Source: Chiloscyllium plagiosum
Lineage: Eukaryota
Length of the DNA: 20,000 bases
Assembly: GCF_004010195.1 (NCBI RefSeq)
Contig: NC_057720.1
Span: 10,821,334 to 10,841,333 of the forward strand
Direction: 5' to 3'
Shown here: piece after piece, positions 17,800 through 20,000 of the stretch
Position numbering within the stretch: position 1 is the first letter of the stretch
Layout: the number at the start of each line of letters is the position of its first letter
The notes under the pieces: model-generated
The model's database searches: none
Told to the model about the DNA's origin: nothing
The model's input: the letters and a program-made list of their open reading frames with translations, nothing else
Made by a program: the position numbers and the translations under genes

Positions 17800-19437
17800 T
17801 TTACGTTTAGAACTTCCAGATGCTTCCAGGTTCAAACGAGTAATTGTCAGAGGAGACTCTCCAGTCAGGGGCACAGACAGGCAATTCTGCACCGGTGAGC
17901 CAGTATTGACATTGCTTCCCTGGTGCCAAGGTCACAGACATCTCAAAGTAGCTGCAGCATATTGGGAGGGAAGGGAGAGTGAGAGGCCAGAGTTGTAGTA
18001 TACATTGATAAGGAGGAGAAAGTGAGGACTGCAGATGCTGGAGATCAGAGCTGAAAAATGTGTTTCTGGAAAAGCGCAGCAGGTGAGGCAGCATCAAAGG
18101 AGCAGGAGAGTCAATGTTTCGGGCATAAGCCCTTCTTCAGGATTCCTGAAGAAGGGTTTATGCCTGAAACGTAGATTCTCCTGCTCCTTTGATGCTGCCT
18201 CACCTGCTGCGCTTTTCCAGCAACACATTTTTCAGTATACATTGATAAGAACAACATAGTGAGAGAAACATTTGCAGAGTCAATATAGGAAGGTAGGTAA
18301 GAGGCTAAAAAGAAGAACTTTAAAGGTAGTAATCTTTGGATTACTCCCAGTGCCACGTGCTAGTGACAGTAGGATAAGAAGATAGGGCGGATAAATCAGT
18401 GGTTGTGGATGTGGTGCCCTGGGCAGGGATTCAGATTTTTGGATCATTGGGATCACATCTGAACCAAAAGAGAGCTGTTCAAAAGGGACAGGTTTCACCT
18501 CAACTGGAAGGGGACCAATGTCTTGGGGGAGGGTGGGGAGATTTGCTTGCATTATTTGTCAGAATTTAAACTAGTATTGGGGCAATTGTGAAGATCCTAA
18601 ATAATAATGAAATGAGAATGGTTCGGAAATTAAAGACAGCAAGTTATTTAGACAAGGCAAGCAAGAACAAATCAGAGAATGAGGTAACTCTGAAGAATTA
18701 AATTGCATTTCTTTCAATGCAAAGGATCTGACAGAAAGGTGTCTGAACTCAGGGCATGCATGGGAACATGGGACTTTCAGAAACATGGCTCAGGGATGGA
18801 CAAGACTGGCAGCTCAATGTTCTGGGGTTCAGATGCTATGGGAAGGATAGAAATGGAGGCAAGAGAGGAAGAGGACTGGCATTTTTCATGAGGGAAAACA
18901 TCATGGCAGTACTTAGAGAGGATTGTCCAAAGAAGCTATACGCATAGAACTTAGAGATAAAAAGGGGTAATCGCCTTGATGGGATTGTGCTAAAGGCACC
19001 CCAGTAGTCATCAGGAAACTGAAGAGCAAATGTGTAGAGAGATCTCAGCTAAGTGCCAGAATTGTCGGGTTGGGACAGCAGGGGTTTTTAAATTTTCAAA
19101 CATAGACGGGATTGCCATAGTGTTAAAGGTTTGGATGTGAAGGATTTTGGTGAATATGTTCAAGGATGTTTTCTTCATCAATATGCAGATGTACCTATTA
19201 AAGAAGGAGCAAAACTTGACCTTCTTTTGGGAAATAAGGCAAGGCAAGTGACTGACGTGTTAGTGGGGGAGCACTTTGGGACCAGTTTGTTAATTTAAAA
19301 ATATTCTGGAAAAGGATAGTCTCTGGATAAAATTTAAAGTACTTAATTGGAACCAGGCCAATTTTGACAGTATGAGATAGGAACCTTCAAAAGTTGATTG
19401 GAATATACTGTTCATGAGTAAAGGGATAACTGGCAAG
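17800..19437 (+). mobile_element. Decayed CR1 LINE 5' part: ORF1 (SGNH esterase-like) and ORF2 AP-endonuclease, interrupted at 18013-18235
   Basis: VIVRGDSPVRGTDRQFC (GDS motif of the CR1 ORF1 esterase) and SETWLRDGQDWQLNVLGFRCYGKDRNGGKRGRGLA (CR1 endonuclease), with many frameshifts. Confidence 0.85.
18013..18235. mobile_element. Fold-back Penelope-like mini-element inserted in CR1 ORF1
   Basis: Arms 18051-18142 and 18144-18235 (86/92 by eye) around a 1-nt centre. Tail 18013-18050. TSD AGTATACATTGATAAG at 17997-18012 and 18234-18249. Decayed hammerhead cores CTGAAGA...GAAAC on both strands. Confidence 0.88.
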
Positions 19438-20000
19438 GTGTTAGCTATGAAGAGAGATTGAGTAGGTTCGGTTTATTTTCATTAGAAAAAAGGAGATTGA
19501 AGGGGGACCTGATTGAGGTTTACAAAATAATGAAGGGTATAGACAAGGTGGATAGAGTCAAGCTTTTTCCCAGGGTGAAGGATTCAATAATGAGAGGTCA
19601 TGCTTTCAAGGTGAGAGGTGGAAAGTTTAAGGGGGAATACACACAGCAAGTACTTCACGCAGAGGGCTTTCTAAAGCTTTCTAAAGTCAGACTATGAGAT
19701 TTAGATAAATGATCTAGTAGAGAGCACTGTTGGTATGATCAGCAAGTTTGCAGATGACACAAAGATTGGTGAAGGAGCAGAAAGCACAGGGGACAGTCAG
19801 AGAGGACAGGAGGATGGAGATATAGATAGACTGGAGAGTTGGGCAAAAAGTGGCAGATGGCTTTCAATTCAGACAAATGTGAGGTGATGCATTTAGGCAA
19901 GTCTGATTATAGAGCGAATTATACAATGAATGGAAGAGCCTTGGGAAAAGTTGGTGGGCAGAGAGATCTGGGAGTGCAGGTCCATTGTACCCTGAAGGTT
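19438..20000 (+). mobile_element. CR1 ORF2 fragments (C-terminal piece 19438-19665, then RT core ~19700-20000)
   Basis: SYEERLSRFGLFSLEKRRLKGDLIEVYKIMKGIDKVDR... followed by INDLVESTVGMISKFADDTKIG. Confidence 0.85.

Noticed and set aside
17283..20000. Search for CLCA exon 4 (HEWAH zinc-protease motif)
   Set aside because: Not found; the region is SINE/CR1 sequence, so the exon presumably lies beyond the window. Protease competence cannot be judged.
1..20000. CRISPR arrays, rRNA, true tRNA genes or prokaryotic systems
   Set aside because: No regularly spaced repeat-spacer array or rRNA similarity was seen. The tRNA-like A/B boxes all belong to SINE heads.

Overview
Eukaryotic (vertebrate) DNA. 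The repeat content (HE1-type SINEs, CR1 LINEs, Penelope-like elements) points to a cartilaginous fish, probably a shark; this is an inference. The minus strand carries the 3' ten exons of a CLCA-family (calcium-activated chloride channel regulator) gene, equivalent to about exons 5-14 of mammalian CLCA1/4. They encode the Cys-rich end of the catalytic domain, a VWA domain with an intact MIDAS motif, the beta-sheet-rich region, an FnIII domain and a C-terminal transmembrane helix, followed by an AATAAA signal. Exons 1-4, including the HExxH protease motif, are not seen in the window. I built the exon chain by hand from splice sites and phases. Two anomalies came out: (1) a perfect 10-bp tandem duplication in exon 12 (6933-6952) shifts the frame exactly at the AMYxPG self-cleavage motif and gives a premature TAA at 3254-3252; (2) the exon 8 donor is a non-canonical GC. 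The large introns are packed with retroelements. Four of them are fold-back (palindromic) Penelope-type insertions with 82-190 bp arms, 12-17 bp target-site duplications, a roughly 35-nt unpaired tail and minimal hammerhead-ribozyme cores in their arms. Also present are two different GIY-YIG endonuclease remnants, a ~510-bp tandem duplication and a 152-N assembly gap.
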